Numbered from the stretch's first letter, positions 1 to 8,161 are shown. The stretch is 64,000 nt of DNA from Candidatus Harrisonbacteria bacterium (GCA_023244855.1 JAHFLO010000001.1:5895-69894); one strand, 5' to 3'. Numbers and translations are program-made. Notes: a model not told the origin generated them from the sequence alone.

Positions 1-1436
1 TTTATGGCGTCCGCATAGATTATCTGCCCCTTGGCATACGTGCCGATGCCCGTACCGCCGCGCGGCGTATCTAAAATGCCGCTCGTAATTTTCCCTGCGT
101 CCAAGTTCGGGATATCGGCTGCTGTAAGGGTTGGCAAACGAGCTGCATTAATAGTGCCGCTTGTAATTTTTCCGGCATCCAAATTAGGAATATCAGCAGC
201 CACGAGATTGCGGAACGTTGGTGCGCCTGCGGCCGTACCCGAAGAGGGACCTGCTAAAATATCGTTCGGCTGCTGCGTCTTCCATGCGAAGCTTAGCGTA
301 CCCGTATCCGTTACGGGTGACCCGGCAACGAGAAATTCTGCAGAGGGCGCCGAAAGACCCACGGAACTCACCGTCCCACCGCCGCCAGAGGACTTCGAAG
401 TCCAAGAAAGCGTGCCATCAGTATCCGTCGTGAGCACGAGCCCGTCGGCTGCGGGGGCAGCTACAGGGAAAGTGAAGGTGTTTGCGCCAAATTTTATCTG
501 CCGATTCGGAATGGAGACGAGCTTATCAAAAGAGGTATTTTCCAAAAAAGTCACATCAGAGGAAGTAAGACTCATAAGCGACTTAAGGTTGCTCGTAGGA
601 TTATTTAAGTCGGAAGTAAAGCCGACAAGTAATTTCGGGCGCGTAAACCGTATTAAGTCGTTCGTACCGTCACCAGTGGTACTAATACTGCCCCCTCTCG
701 TCCGGAAATCGTTCGCGTAAATAACACCCGCAACTTCGAGCTCGCTTTGGGGGTTTGTAATGCCGATACCAACCCTACCGTTATTTAAAATAGAAACGGA
801 TTCCGATCCGTCACCAGAATCAAGAATACTTAAACGATAATTCGATGCGTCCGTCGCCGTGGTACGCACCTTAAAACCCTTATTAGCTGCCGCCGAACCG
901 TTCCAGCCAGAGCCCTGAAGTAGAAGGCCTGCAGAATGGAAGCCCTGCGTGCCGGCAGTTGCCGTCCCTAATGGCTCACCCGTAAGGGTTCCCGCAGACG
1001 TATCGGATACGAAATTACCCACGCGGACGGCGTTCATAGCGTACGGCGCAGGGGCGAAAGCGACACGCGGCGAGGCTTCAGCGTCATTTTCAATCGTCAC
1101 GCCCAAGTAGAGCGGCGTCGTAAACGTAAGCGTACTTGGAAACGCCTCGCAACTACCCATCTGCACGGAGAAATAACCGTTCGAATCCGGCGTTACTTTG
1201 GCGCATGCGCCGGAAGACTGACTGTAGGATTCAGTCCATAGGGCCGTGCCGCCCGTTGCCGCGGAATAGAGGGAGAAGGATACTTTCGTCGCCGTGGTGA
1301 TTGCCGCGCCCGCCGTCGTCCGTAAGCGTGACTGGTAGTTTATAACGGCAGGGACGGCCGCTTGTGCGGAAAAAACCGCGCATAAAAGCGCCGCCGTTAT
1401 GGCCGCCCCGAATCCGTATGAGCGATTTCTTTTCAT
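1..1436 (-). CDS. Large secreted surface protein, N-terminal part (partial, continues beyond window start); tail-fibre-like repeats
   Basis: Absent from the ORF track because it is open at the window edge. The reverse strand has ATG at 1436 (MKRNRSYGFGAAITAALLCAVFSAQA, signal-peptide-like) and stays open to nt 1. It carries two AADIPNLDAGKITSG repeats and a GGTGIG motif. The + ORF 31..720 is its antisense shadow. Confidence 0.6.
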   Translation of the reverse strand, partial: MKRNRSYGFGAAITAALLCAVFSAQAAVPAVINYQSRLRTTAGAAITTATKVSFSLYSAATGGTALWTESYSQSSGACAKVTPDSNGYFSVQMGSCEAFPSTLTFTTPLYLGVTIENDAEASPRVAFAPAPYAMNAVRVGNFVSDTSAGTLTGEPLGTATAGTQGFHSAGLLLQGSGWNGSAAANKGFKVRTTATDASNYRLSILDSGDGSESVSILNNGRVGIGITNPQSELEVAGVIYANDFRTRGGSISTTGDGTNDLIRFTRPKLLVGFTSDLNNPTSNLKSLMSLTSSDVTFLENTSFDKLVSIPNRQIKFGANTFTFPVAAPAADGLVLTTDTDGTLSWTSKSSGGGGTVSSVGLSAPSAEFLVAGSPVTDTGTLSFAWKTQQPNDILAGPSSGTAAGAPTFRNLVAADIPNLDAGKITSGTINAARLPTLTAADIPNLDAGKITSGILDTPRGGTGIGTYAKGQIIYADAI

Positions 1437-1438
1437 TA

Positions 1439-2347
1439 TTAAATAGGGAGCGCGGGCGTAATAAATACTTTCACGGTAAGCACCTTTCGGCCGAAGCTAT
1501 CCGTAGCATTAACGACATGTACGCCAAGGGGTAAATCAACCATAAGCTTCTTAACAGCGGTATTAGCTTCGAGAACCGGTACGACGGCAATGGACGTTAT
1601 TGCCGCAGGGTCGATAGGGGTCGCGCGGTACGCGAACCGCACAACGATGCCCATAACGACGCCAGTAAGTATCAGCATACCCCCGATCCACAAAAGGTAA
1701 TCTTTCATTCCGCGCATAATCACAAAGCCGGCAATCGCCGCCGCACCGAGCAGGATAATCGCGAATGCAATCCATAGCGGCCACGGTACTATGCGCTTAA
1801 AAAGAACAATATTCAGCTCCCGTGTTACGCCCTTTTCGTCGACTAAACGAATAATTTGGGGTGTGGGCTGCGGATCTTCCAAAATGCGGTTAATCACCGT
1901 GGGCGCATCAGCTTGCTTCACTGCCGAGAACGTCGCTTTAGGCACCTCCGCAACCACCGCTGCTGCAGCCGGCGTATCCGTAAACGGTACGTCCACCTCC
2001 GGAGAAATACCCCCTACTCCGGGTTCCGCATTGCCACCAAACAATCTTTCGATCCACCCACTACCACTTGAAGCACCGGATCCTCCGCCGCCCGTCGGCG
2101 TTACCACGGGCGATGGCTGTGCCGGTACATCGTCGAACCACAGGGTTCCGTGGTCGTATACGTAATTAGCGCTTTGCGAAGTACCGACGCCCGGATCAGC
2201 CGCTGCCGTTTTTACCTGATAACCGGCTGAAGTTGTATCTCCTCCGCCACCGCCCGCCCCCTGCTGCACTTGATCCGCGTACGCGTACGAAAAGCAAACG
2301 CTTAACGTAATGACGACGAATAATGCAGTACGATGGACGGTCTTCAC
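1439..2347 (-). CDS. Hypothetical secreted/membrane protein (signal peptide, Gly-rich region, 2 C-terminal TM helices)
   Basis: 302-aa ORF. N-terminus MKTVHRTALFVVITLSVCFSYAYA, G-runs and hydrophobic WPLWIAFAIILLGAAAIAGFVIM segments. Its stop lies 2 nt before the ATG of the downstream gene at 1436. Confidence 0.55.
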   Translation of the reverse strand: MKTVHRTALFVVITLSVCFSYAYADQVQQGAGGGGGDTTSAGYQVKTAAADPGVGTSQSANYVYDHGTLWFDDVPAQPSPVVTPTGGGGSGASSGSGWIERLFGGNAEPGVGGISPEVDVPFTDTPAAAAVVAEVPKATFSAVKQADAPTVINRILEDPQPTPQIIRLVDEKGVTRELNIVLFKRIVPWPLWIAFAIILLGAAAIAGFVIMRGMKDYLLWIGGMLILTGVVMGIVVRFAYRATPIDPAAITSIAVVPVLEANTAVKKLMVDLPLGVHVVNATDSFGRKVLTVKVFITPALPI

Positions 2348-2480
2348 TTAAAACGTCACGCCTCACTTCGTGACTTCCTTAATACTATCATTATGTAAAC
2401 GAATACTATGTGTGGATAAGTATGGAAATGCGAACCCCTTCTAACCCATCCCCGTTCGATTCCGCCCACGGTCATCCAAG

Positions 2481-2518
2481 CATACGAAAATACCCCGATA
2501 TCGGGGTATTTTCGTATG
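2481..2518. terminator. Perfect 38-nt palindromic hairpin directly after tRNA-Ala (bidirectional terminator-like)
   Basis: catacgaaaataccccgata|tcggggtattttcgtatg, with A/T runs flanking the GC core on both strands. Confidence 0.7.
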
Positions 2519-2589
2519 TGGACCTAGGCGGAATCGAACCGCCGCCTCGTCAATGCGAATGACGCGTTCTGCCCCTGAACTATAGGCCC
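2519..2589 (-). tRNA. tRNA-Ala (anticodon CGC)
   Basis: Hand-folded cloverleaf: acceptor GGGCCTA/TAGGTCC with G3:U70, anticodon arm CGTCA-TTCGCAT-TGACG, T arm GGCGG-TTCGATT-CCGCC, discriminator A. Confidence 0.85.
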
Positions 2590-2600
2590 GCTTTTAAAGA

Positions 2601-2690
2601 TTAATACTGCCCCATGAAAAGGGGCGCGACGAACATGAATATCATGAGCGCCATCACTACGTAAAAACCGATCTTCTTAACCTGTTTCAT
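2601..2690 (-). CDS. Possible 29-aa hydrophobic micro-protein
   Basis: ATG..TAA on the reverse strand gives MKQVKKIGFYVVMALMIFMFVAPLFMGQY. It is below the track size cut-off and has no homology evidence. Confidence 0.25.
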   Translation of the reverse strand: MKQVKKIGFYVVMALMIFMFVAPLFMGQY

Positions 2691-2740
2691 CGTGCAAATA
2701 CGTTAGCAAAAATTCGCTGCGTAATCAATTGAGATATGTG

Positions 2741-3742
2741 CTAACGCCCAGCGTCGCGATGATACGCATTCAAAAGCGTGTAGAGCAAGCTTATCGCCAA
2801 AGGCCCCAGCACAAACCCCGTAGGGCCAAAGAGCGCCATGCCGCCCAAAACCGAAAGTAATATGACGAATGGATGTAACGATACCCCGCGCCCGATAAGC
2901 TTCGGCCCGATGAAGTTATCTATCATACCCACCACGAATACGCCGTACACAAAAAGCCCTGCGGCGAATGCCGATGACCCTTGCAAAAAGAGATATGCCA
3001 CAGCGGGTGCTACCGTAAGCGCCGTGCCAACCCCCGGAATTAAAGCGGTCACGACCGTCACACTCCCCCATAAGATGGCATTCGGTATGCCAAATATAAG
3101 GAAACCGATCATAGCAAGCAAACCCTGCACTAACGCCATCAAAAGCCGCCCCGTCACAATAGAATTCACTGCGCGGCCGAGCATACGCGCAATTTCTTCA
3201 TCGTCTTCGTCCATAAGAGGGCTCAGGGATATAAACGCGCGGCGAAACGCGGCACCATCTTTCAAAAAATAATACAGCGCCATAATAAAAAGAATTATAT
3301 CCACAAAAAACTTAGCGACACCCGAAACAACGACCCCTACGTTGCCCGCGAGCCAATTAAGCGCTTCTTTGGCGTAACTTCCTATATCAAACGGCAATGA
3401 ATCACCCACAAACCCCCGCACGGCGTCGAACACCGTCCCTGCCGTACCACTCGTTTCGAGCGCATGATAGACGCCTGCCGCCTCCCCTGCTACCTGCGTA
3501 CCAAGCAATGTAAGCGGAGCGACAATAACAAGAAGCACAAGCACGGTCGTTATTGCCGCAGCAATTCCCGCATGGTTACGTACTGCTCCTTTTATTTTTT
3601 TATACGGCGTCTGAAAGGCAACGGCAAAAACCGCAGCGAGCACAATCGGCGCAAAGAACGGCTTTAATATCAAAAAGGCGACGGTAAACATGGCGCCCAA
3701 AAGGGCGAGGAGGAAATAAAACGAAAGTGCTTTAGGCGGCAT
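2741..3742 (-). CDS. AI-2E family transporter (PerM/UPF0118-like permease)
   Basis: Multi-TM protein with the family-typical layout. I place the start at internal Met MPPKALSFYF (3742) because a terminator hairpin and a TATACT box lie inside the longer track ORF (to 3793). Confidence 0.8.
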   Translation of the reverse strand: MPPKALSFYFLLALLGAMFTVAFLILKPFFAPIVLAAVFAVAFQTPYKKIKGAVRNHAGIAAAITTVLVLLVIVAPLTLLGTQVAGEAAGVYHALETSGTAGTVFDAVRGFVGDSLPFDIGSYAKEALNWLAGNVGVVVSGVAKFFVDIILFIMALYYFLKDGAAFRRAFISLSPLMDEDDEEIARMLGRAVNSIVTGRLLMALVQGLLAMIGFLIFGIPNAILWGSVTVVTALIPGVGTALTVAPAVAYLFLQGSSAFAAGLFVYGVFVVGMIDNFIGPKLIGRGVSLHPFVILLSVLGGMALFGPTGFVLGPLAISLLYTLLNAYHRDAGR

Positions 3743-3844
3743 ATGCGGGAAGTATATAAAAAAAGAACCGTATGCACCACTAGGGATGCACACGGCTCAG
3801 GGTTAAGGAGTTCTTCGTACGACATGGGCACGGTGCCTGCCGGA

Positions 3845-4522
3845 CTAGATCTTCGATTGCGGCAACGGAATCGCATCCGGCTTCTGCTGTTCCTTGACGG
3901 ACAACTGGATCGCCTTCTGCTGCCGTTGGACCAACACCGGATCAAACATCACGTCGAAGGTGATCGATGTCTTCGTTTCTTCGATGATTTCAACGGTCGC
4001 CTCGGTCCGGTTCATGTGCTTCAACGGCAACCAATGCGCCCATTGCCCGAATTCGACGAGTTTCGCATCGAGCATGCGTCGCTCCGCACTATCCTTCTCT
4101 TTGAGCTTCGCGATGGCTTCTGCGGTTCCCGTTAAAATCATCGTCGTGTTGTAGTCGCAGCTCTTGCCGACGACGAACGTCTCGATGCCTTTCGGGAACA
4201 GGATCGGCGTCGCGGTCTCCGCGAGCTCGAGCTTGACCTCGAAAACGGCGTCCGGCTTCGACTTAATCGACGCCTCGAGCACCAAATCCTTCCGCATCAC
4301 CGCCTGCAAATGCCGCGACAATGCCTGCTGGACTTCCATCGCGCGAGTACTCGACTGGTCGCCGGCGACCTTCGCCGTCCACGTCTGGGCACCACCCTTG
4401 GCGGTCATGGATGCGGACCGGTAGTACGGCACCGCCGGATAGTCGTCAGCCGCTTGCGCCGCTGCGGCGAACACTCCGAACAAACAGGCCATCGCGGCCA
4501 CGCACTTGAACAAGCTCTTCAT
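3845..4522 (-). CDS. Hypothetical secreted protein (islet gene)
   Basis: 225 aa. Signal peptide MKSLFKCVAAMACLFGVFAAAAQA. SD GAGGAG 7 nt upstream of the ATG, and an upstream TTGACA-17-TACGAT promoter. G/C-rich third codon positions. Confidence 0.6.
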   Translation of the reverse strand: MKSLFKCVAAMACLFGVFAAAAQAADDYPAVPYYRSASMTAKGGAQTWTAKVAGDQSSTRAMEVQQALSRHLQAVMRKDLVLEASIKSKPDAVFEVKLELAETATPILFPKGIETFVVGKSCDYNTTMILTGTAEAIAKLKEKDSAERRMLDAKLVEFGQWAHWLPLKHMNRTEATVEIIEETKTSITFDVMFDPVLVQRQQKAIQLSVKEQQKPDAIPLPQSKI

Positions 4523-4650
4523 TCTCTCGCTCCTCTGTTAAATTGGGAAACAGCTGTCATGCCCGCGATCCACCATGGCCGCGAACCACCACACTCACAG
4601 TGCAGGCGCTTATCGTAACAGAGAGCCTTTAAGGTGTCAAGAGGGGTAAA

Positions 4651-4681
4651 GAAAAAGCCCAACCACCGGAGGTGATTGGGC
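4651..4681 (-). terminator. Rho-independent terminator after the 4713..5126 gene
   Basis: Reverse strand reads gcccaatcacctccggtggttgggc followed by ttttt. Confidence 0.65.
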
Positions 4682-4712
4682 CGTTTTTGTGACACGCGCC
4701 GTGATGATGACG

Positions 4713-5126
4713 TTAGGCGGCGGTCAGGGCGAAGGGTTGGAGATGAGCTGGCTTCAGCGCGACGTAGATGATCGATGACGTGATCGTCGTGGTTGCACTG
4801 GTTTCTTTGCCGGCGGTGTCGTCGAAGACGGCGACTTGCGCAATGGGCACGGATTGATCCGCACCCGGTTGAAAGCCTTCTTGACGGGCGACTTGTGCCG
4901 CCGTATCAGCCGCGATCGCCGCATCGGTGATCGCGAAACCCGCATCGTCGTCGAAGGCCGCAGCCTGAGCAAAGCCTTGCACTGCCGCCGCGGACGTACC
5001 AGTCGCGAGCGTCATTCCGCCGGAAGCAATCGTAATCGCCGTGATGAGCATGACCGCGCCCACGACACAAATCGGACCAGCAATCTCGCGAAACCAAATC
5101 CACCAAGCACGTTTTCGCCACTTCAT
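4713..5126 (-). CDS. Hypothetical membrane-anchored Ala/Asp-rich protein (islet gene)
   Basis: Start set at MKWRKRAWWIWF (5126), preceded by GAGGGAG. One TM helix. The track's longer start (5183) lacks an RBS. Confidence 0.5.
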   Translation of the reverse strand: MKWRKRAWWIWFREIAGPICVVGAVMLITAITIASGGMTLATGTSAAAVQGFAQAAAFDDDAGFAITDAAIAADTAAQVARQEGFQPGADQSVPIAQVAVFDDTAGKETSATTTITSSIIYVALKPAHLQPFALTAA

Positions 5127-5222
5127 GATTTCTTCTCCCTCTGCATGTGAAGAGCTGCAAATGTCGACTGACCTCGGACTCAATCCGAGATACCGGACAT
5201 TTTTATACTATCAAGTCCACCC

Positions 5223-5262
5223 AAAAGAAAACAAGTGGATAAATATCCACTTGTTTTCTTTT
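5223..5262 (-). terminator. Hairpin terminator after tRNA-Pro
   Basis: aaaagaaaacaagtggat-aaat-atccacttgttttctttt is a perfect stem with a T-run. The stem contains two near-DnaA-box words (GTGGATAA/TTATCCAC). Confidence 0.7.
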
Positions 5263-5280
5263 GTTTTATTTTCCGGCTAT

Positions 5281-5354
5281 TGGTCGGGGTGCCGGGAATC
5301 GAACCCGGTCTTTACGCACCCGAAGCGCACGTACTGCCGGTATACTACACCCCG
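5281..5354 (-). tRNA. tRNA-Pro (anticodon CGG), CCA encoded
   Basis: Acceptor CGGGGTG/CACCCCG (C1:G72, as in bacterial tRNA-Pro), anticodon loop TTCGGGT, T arm CCGGG-TTCGATT-CCCGG, ends ACCA. Confidence 0.85.
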
Positions 5355-5398
5355 ATATCTAGCGAATGATACAGCTCTTACCGCTTTTTGGAAAGCAT

Positions 5399-6874
5399 TT
5401 ATTTCACGTGGAACTTTTCCTTTATCTCCTCTTCCGCTCCCCGCTCGAATTCCTCTTTCTTGTCTTTCGCTTTCGCCGCGAGGGATTTTAGTTCCGCGTC
5501 CGGCAAGGCGTTCAATTCTTTTATGCGCGCAGTGAGCGCATCTTCTGCATTCTTTAGCGGGTCGTCCAAAACTTCTTCCAAGAGCACGGCTAAAATCCAG
5601 CCCACCTTCGGGCTCGGCTCTAATCCCCCGAGGCGCATGACGTCCGTGCCGTCGAGTGCCAGCATGCGCGTGTCTATCGCGTCCTGCGCAACCTTCTCGA
5701 TCATGAACATCAAGTGGCGCAACTTGTACGGCACGGCCTTCGGCACGCCACTACCAATACGGTCCGCCTCGCGGACTTTCAGCAAGTCAGCAATATGCTC
5801 CGGCCCTACTTTGCGTACGAATCTTCGCACGCCGGATTCCGTCACTTCGCCCACGTTATAGTAAAAGAGATGCCAGCGTACTAAGTGCGCTATTTTCTCA
5901 ACGGTTTTTTTAGGGAAATGCAGGCGGTCGAGCATAATGCACGCCATTTTTGCACCCACGACTTCGTGGTTATAAAACGTGCTGTCATGCCCGTCCCCGC
6001 GCTTCGTCGCGGGCTTGCCTACGTCGTGCAATAAACTGCCGAGTCGCACCTCAAACGAATACCCCTGCTTTGCCGTATATTCCAGTGCGCGTACGTTATG
6101 CTCGTACACGCTATATATATGATGCTTGTTTTGCCCGCAGTCCACGCCATCTAGAAGCTCGGGTAATACATGGCGCATAAGCCCCGTGTCCGTAAGCATA
6201 CGGATGCCAAGCCCTGCGCCGTCGCTTTCGATGATTTTAACGAGCTCGTCACGCACGCGTTCTTTAGCCACGGCTTCGAGCAAACCTGCGTGGCGCTTCA
6301 CGGCTTCCATAGTTTTTTCTTCAACGGCAAACCCCAGCTGCGCGGCAAAGCGCACCGCGCGCATAAGGCGCAAGGCATCTTCCGTAAAGCGCGCGTCGGG
6401 CTCGCCTACCGCCCTGATTATTTTCTTTTTTAAATCAGCTAATCCCCCGAAGGGGTCTATAACAGATGCATGATTCAAGATGCATGATTCATGAATACGA
6501 AACGCAAGCGCGTTCACGGTAAAGTCGCGACGCGCTAAATCCTCTTCGATGGTTTTAACAAACGAAACGTTATCAGGGTGACGCATGTCGCGGTACGCGC
6601 CTTCGGTGCGGTACGTCGTTACTTCTACTACCGCATAGAACGGATTTTCTGATCCGGTTTTAATCCCCACCGTACCGAACGCGTTTTCGTAAACGCTATC
6701 CGGAAACAATTTCTGCACATCCTCCGGCAACGCATTGGTCGCTATGTCCCAATCCTTCGGCTCCCTGCCGAGCAAAAAATCCCGCACGCACCCGCCTACC
6801 AAGTGCGCCTCGAAACCGGCTCCGTTTAAAACCGTACCAATCGCACCAATTTCTTCGGGGACCATAAGTGCCAT
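5399..6874 (-). CDS. cca: CCA-adding tRNA nucleotidyltransferase with HD domain
   Basis: 491 aa. HLVGGCVRDFLLGREPKDWDIAT nucleotidyltransferase motif and a C-terminal HD (LLHDVGKP). Confidence 0.9.
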   Translation of the reverse strand: MALMVPEEIGAIGTVLNGAGFEAHLVGGCVRDFLLGREPKDWDIATNALPEDVQKLFPDSVYENAFGTVGIKTGSENPFYAVVEVTTYRTEGAYRDMRHPDNVSFVKTIEEDLARRDFTVNALAFRIHESCILNHASVIDPFGGLADLKKKIIRAVGEPDARFTEDALRLMRAVRFAAQLGFAVEEKTMEAVKRHAGLLEAVAKERVRDELVKIIESDGAGLGIRMLTDTGLMRHVLPELLDGVDCGQNKHHIYSVYEHNVRALEYTAKQGYSFEVRLGSLLHDVGKPATKRGDGHDSTFYNHEVVGAKMACIMLDRLHFPKKTVEKIAHLVRWHLFYYNVGEVTESGVRRFVRKVGPEHIADLLKVREADRIGSGVPKAVPYKLRHLMFMIEKVAQDAIDTRMLALDGTDVMRLGGLEPSPKVGWILAVLLEEVLDDPLKNAEDALTARIKELNALPDAELKSLAAKAKDKKEEFERGAEEEIKEKFHVK

Positions 6875-6955
6875 ATAAATGTATCCCTATCGTATCAGAC
6901 GAATACCCGATTCGCCATTCAACGCATTCTTAGATAGAATCACGAGAAGTAAGAA

Positions 6956-7027
6956 GTCCTCGTGGTGAAATGGATATCACTACTGCCTTCGAAGCAGTCG
7001 TTGAAGGTTCGAGTCCTTCCGAGGGCA
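6956..7027 (+). tRNA. tRNA-Arg (anticodon UCG)
   Basis: Acceptor GTCCTCG/CGAGGGC, anticodon arm ACTGC-CTTCGAA-GCAGT, T arm GAAGG-TTCGAGT-CCTTC, discriminator A. 72 nt. Confidence 0.85.
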
Positions 7028-7069
7028 CAAAATAAAACCCCCTATAATAGGGGGTTTTATTTTGTGCCC
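7023..7069. terminator. Long palindromic terminator overlapping the tRNA-Arg 3' end
   Basis: gggcacaaaataaaaccccctat-a-atagggggttttattttgtgccc, with 23-bp arms. Confidence 0.7.
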
Positions 7070-7070
7070 A

Positions 7071-7175
7071 AGGACTCGAACCTATGGCGACGTTCGAATT
7101 CATCCAGAGCTTATGCGAGGTTAGAATTCGATAAGGAGTGCCAGAGGGAAGCGCAGCGACGAGGAAGGTCCTTAT
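7071..7175. repeat. Structured intergenic element, copy A (inverted pseudo-copy of the tRNA-Arg 3' half plus the two-hairpin module)
   Basis: aaggactcgaacct (7070-7083) is the reverse complement of the tRNA T arm (7005-7018). Hairpin 1: cgaattc[ATCCAGAGCTTATGCGAGGTTA]gaattcg (7095-7130). Hairpin 2: ataagga[..CAGAGGGAAGCGCAGCGACGAGGAAGG]tccttat (7131-7175). Confidence 0.7.
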
Positions 7176-7310
7176 ATCAGCAGCTTATATTATTTGACAT
7201 GATTGCTAATTCCGTGCCATAATAGGCACGCGTTGTTACACGCACGGAAACCTTGAAAACCGAATAGTTTAGAACCTGTTTTCCCTAACCCCTTTGGAGG
7301 AGACTCTGCG

Positions 7311-8129
7311 ATGAGTAAGCTGGTTTACGGAGGGAAAGGCACCGAAGTGCCGTCCCAAGAGCTGCTGCAGCTCGTGCAGCGCAACGGTATTGAATGCCCC
7401 CATGGCATCACTGCCCGCGAGCTTAATGACTTGTTGCAAAAACAATGGCTACGGACGACTGTCCGCGCGGAAGTCGAAAAAGCTCTTCCGCAAGACGAGG
7501 ACATCCACCTCTTGCGAGAGCTCGGTATGATCGACGAAGTGCGGCCGGCACGGGCGAATTACGTGGGTACGCTCGTTCTCGGCGGCTATGCCGCTGCCAT
7601 GCGCCGGCGGCTTGCGTTCGCCATCAGCGAATGGAACGCGAACGACGCGCTCGATACGGGGACCATCTGGTTCCTTACGGGCGAACGGCCGCGAAGGGAC
7701 GAAAACGAAAGCGCCGACCTCCTCTTTACGCAGGGCGAAATCCCCTTCAAGCCGGACTGGACGAAGCCCGAAACCATGCCCGCGACCGAGACGGAAATTG
7801 CCCGCATGATCTGGGGCCAATCGGCAATCCCCACGGGGATGATGGCTAATTTCGTCGATACGCGGCTCCAGCCGGACGGCAAGGGAGGATTGAAAAATCC
7901 CAATACGGCAGACACGTTTGCCGCCTTCCTCGCGATGGAGCCGGACTCAGGGAACTATCTCCTCGCTTCAAGCCAACCCTATGTGCAACGGCAAACGTTG
8001 AATGCGACGAACACGCTGCCTTTTCCCCAATTCAACATTTTCGAAATGGGGCCGGCGGCGCTACCCGAAACGCCGCTCAAGATCTTCCTGGACGAAACGG
8101 CCCGATTACTCTTCGAACTGCTCAAGTAA
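7311..8129 (+). CDS. Hypothetical protein (islet gene); weak DUF218/YdcF-like LVLGG...FLTGERP pattern
   Basis: 272-aa ORF. GGAGG 10 nt upstream, TTGACA-18-CATAAT promoter at about 7194-7223, terminator at 8162-8191. Confidence 0.55.
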   Translation: MSKLVYGGKGTEVPSQELLQLVQRNGIECPHGITARELNDLLQKQWLRTTVRAEVEKALPQDEDIHLLRELGMIDEVRPARANYVGTLVLGGYAAAMRRRLAFAISEWNANDALDTGTIWFLTGERPRRDENESADLLFTQGEIPFKPDWTKPETMPATETEIARMIWGQSAIPTGMMANFVDTRLQPDGKGGLKNPNTADTFAAFLAMEPDSGNYLLASSQPYVQRQTLNATNTLPFPQFNIFEMGPAALPETPLKIFLDETARLLFELLK

Positions 8130-8161
8130 CCGAAATCCCAAAACCGCATCAAAACCCAACG

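Noticed and set aside
31-720. Long + strand ORF (229 aa), plus dozens of other 60-300-aa ORFs nested in or antisense to clear genes (for example 23076..23819, 30854..31783, 54647..55300, 62551..63339)
   Set aside because: Their composition is low-complexity (Arg/Ala/Ser/Pro-rich), as expected for antisense frames of G+C-rich genes. Each is fully covered by a gene with strong motif evidence on the other strand or frame.
1-2347. Prophage remnant, based on the tail-fibre-like protein
   Set aside because: No capsid, portal, terminase or integrase genes are in the window. The protein has a Sec-type signal peptide and sits in a two-gene unit with a membrane protein, which fits a cellular surface protein better.
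2741-3793. Longest-ORF N-terminal extensions in the track (AI-2E to 3793, tsaD to 17230, DoxX to 11821, 26451, 28360, 34926, 50659 and others)
   Set aside because: The extensions run through terminator hairpins or promoter boxes, use non-ATG starts, and lack homology-like sequence. Internal Met or GTG starts that follow a -10 box or RBS were preferred.
7095-7130. Integron attC sites (structure conserved, sequence variable)
   Set aside because: The would-be core sites read GTTAGAA/GTTAAAA, which do not fit GTTRRRY. No intI gene is present. Flanking genes carry their own promoters and mixed orientations, unlike cassettes.
7071-7175. Functional minus-strand tRNA genes in the mirrored segments after tRNA-Arg, -Val, -Ser and -Ala
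   Set aside because: The T stems contain mismatches (for example ATAGG/CCTTG). No D arm or anticodon arm can be drawn, and the 5' halves are replaced by the conserved element core.
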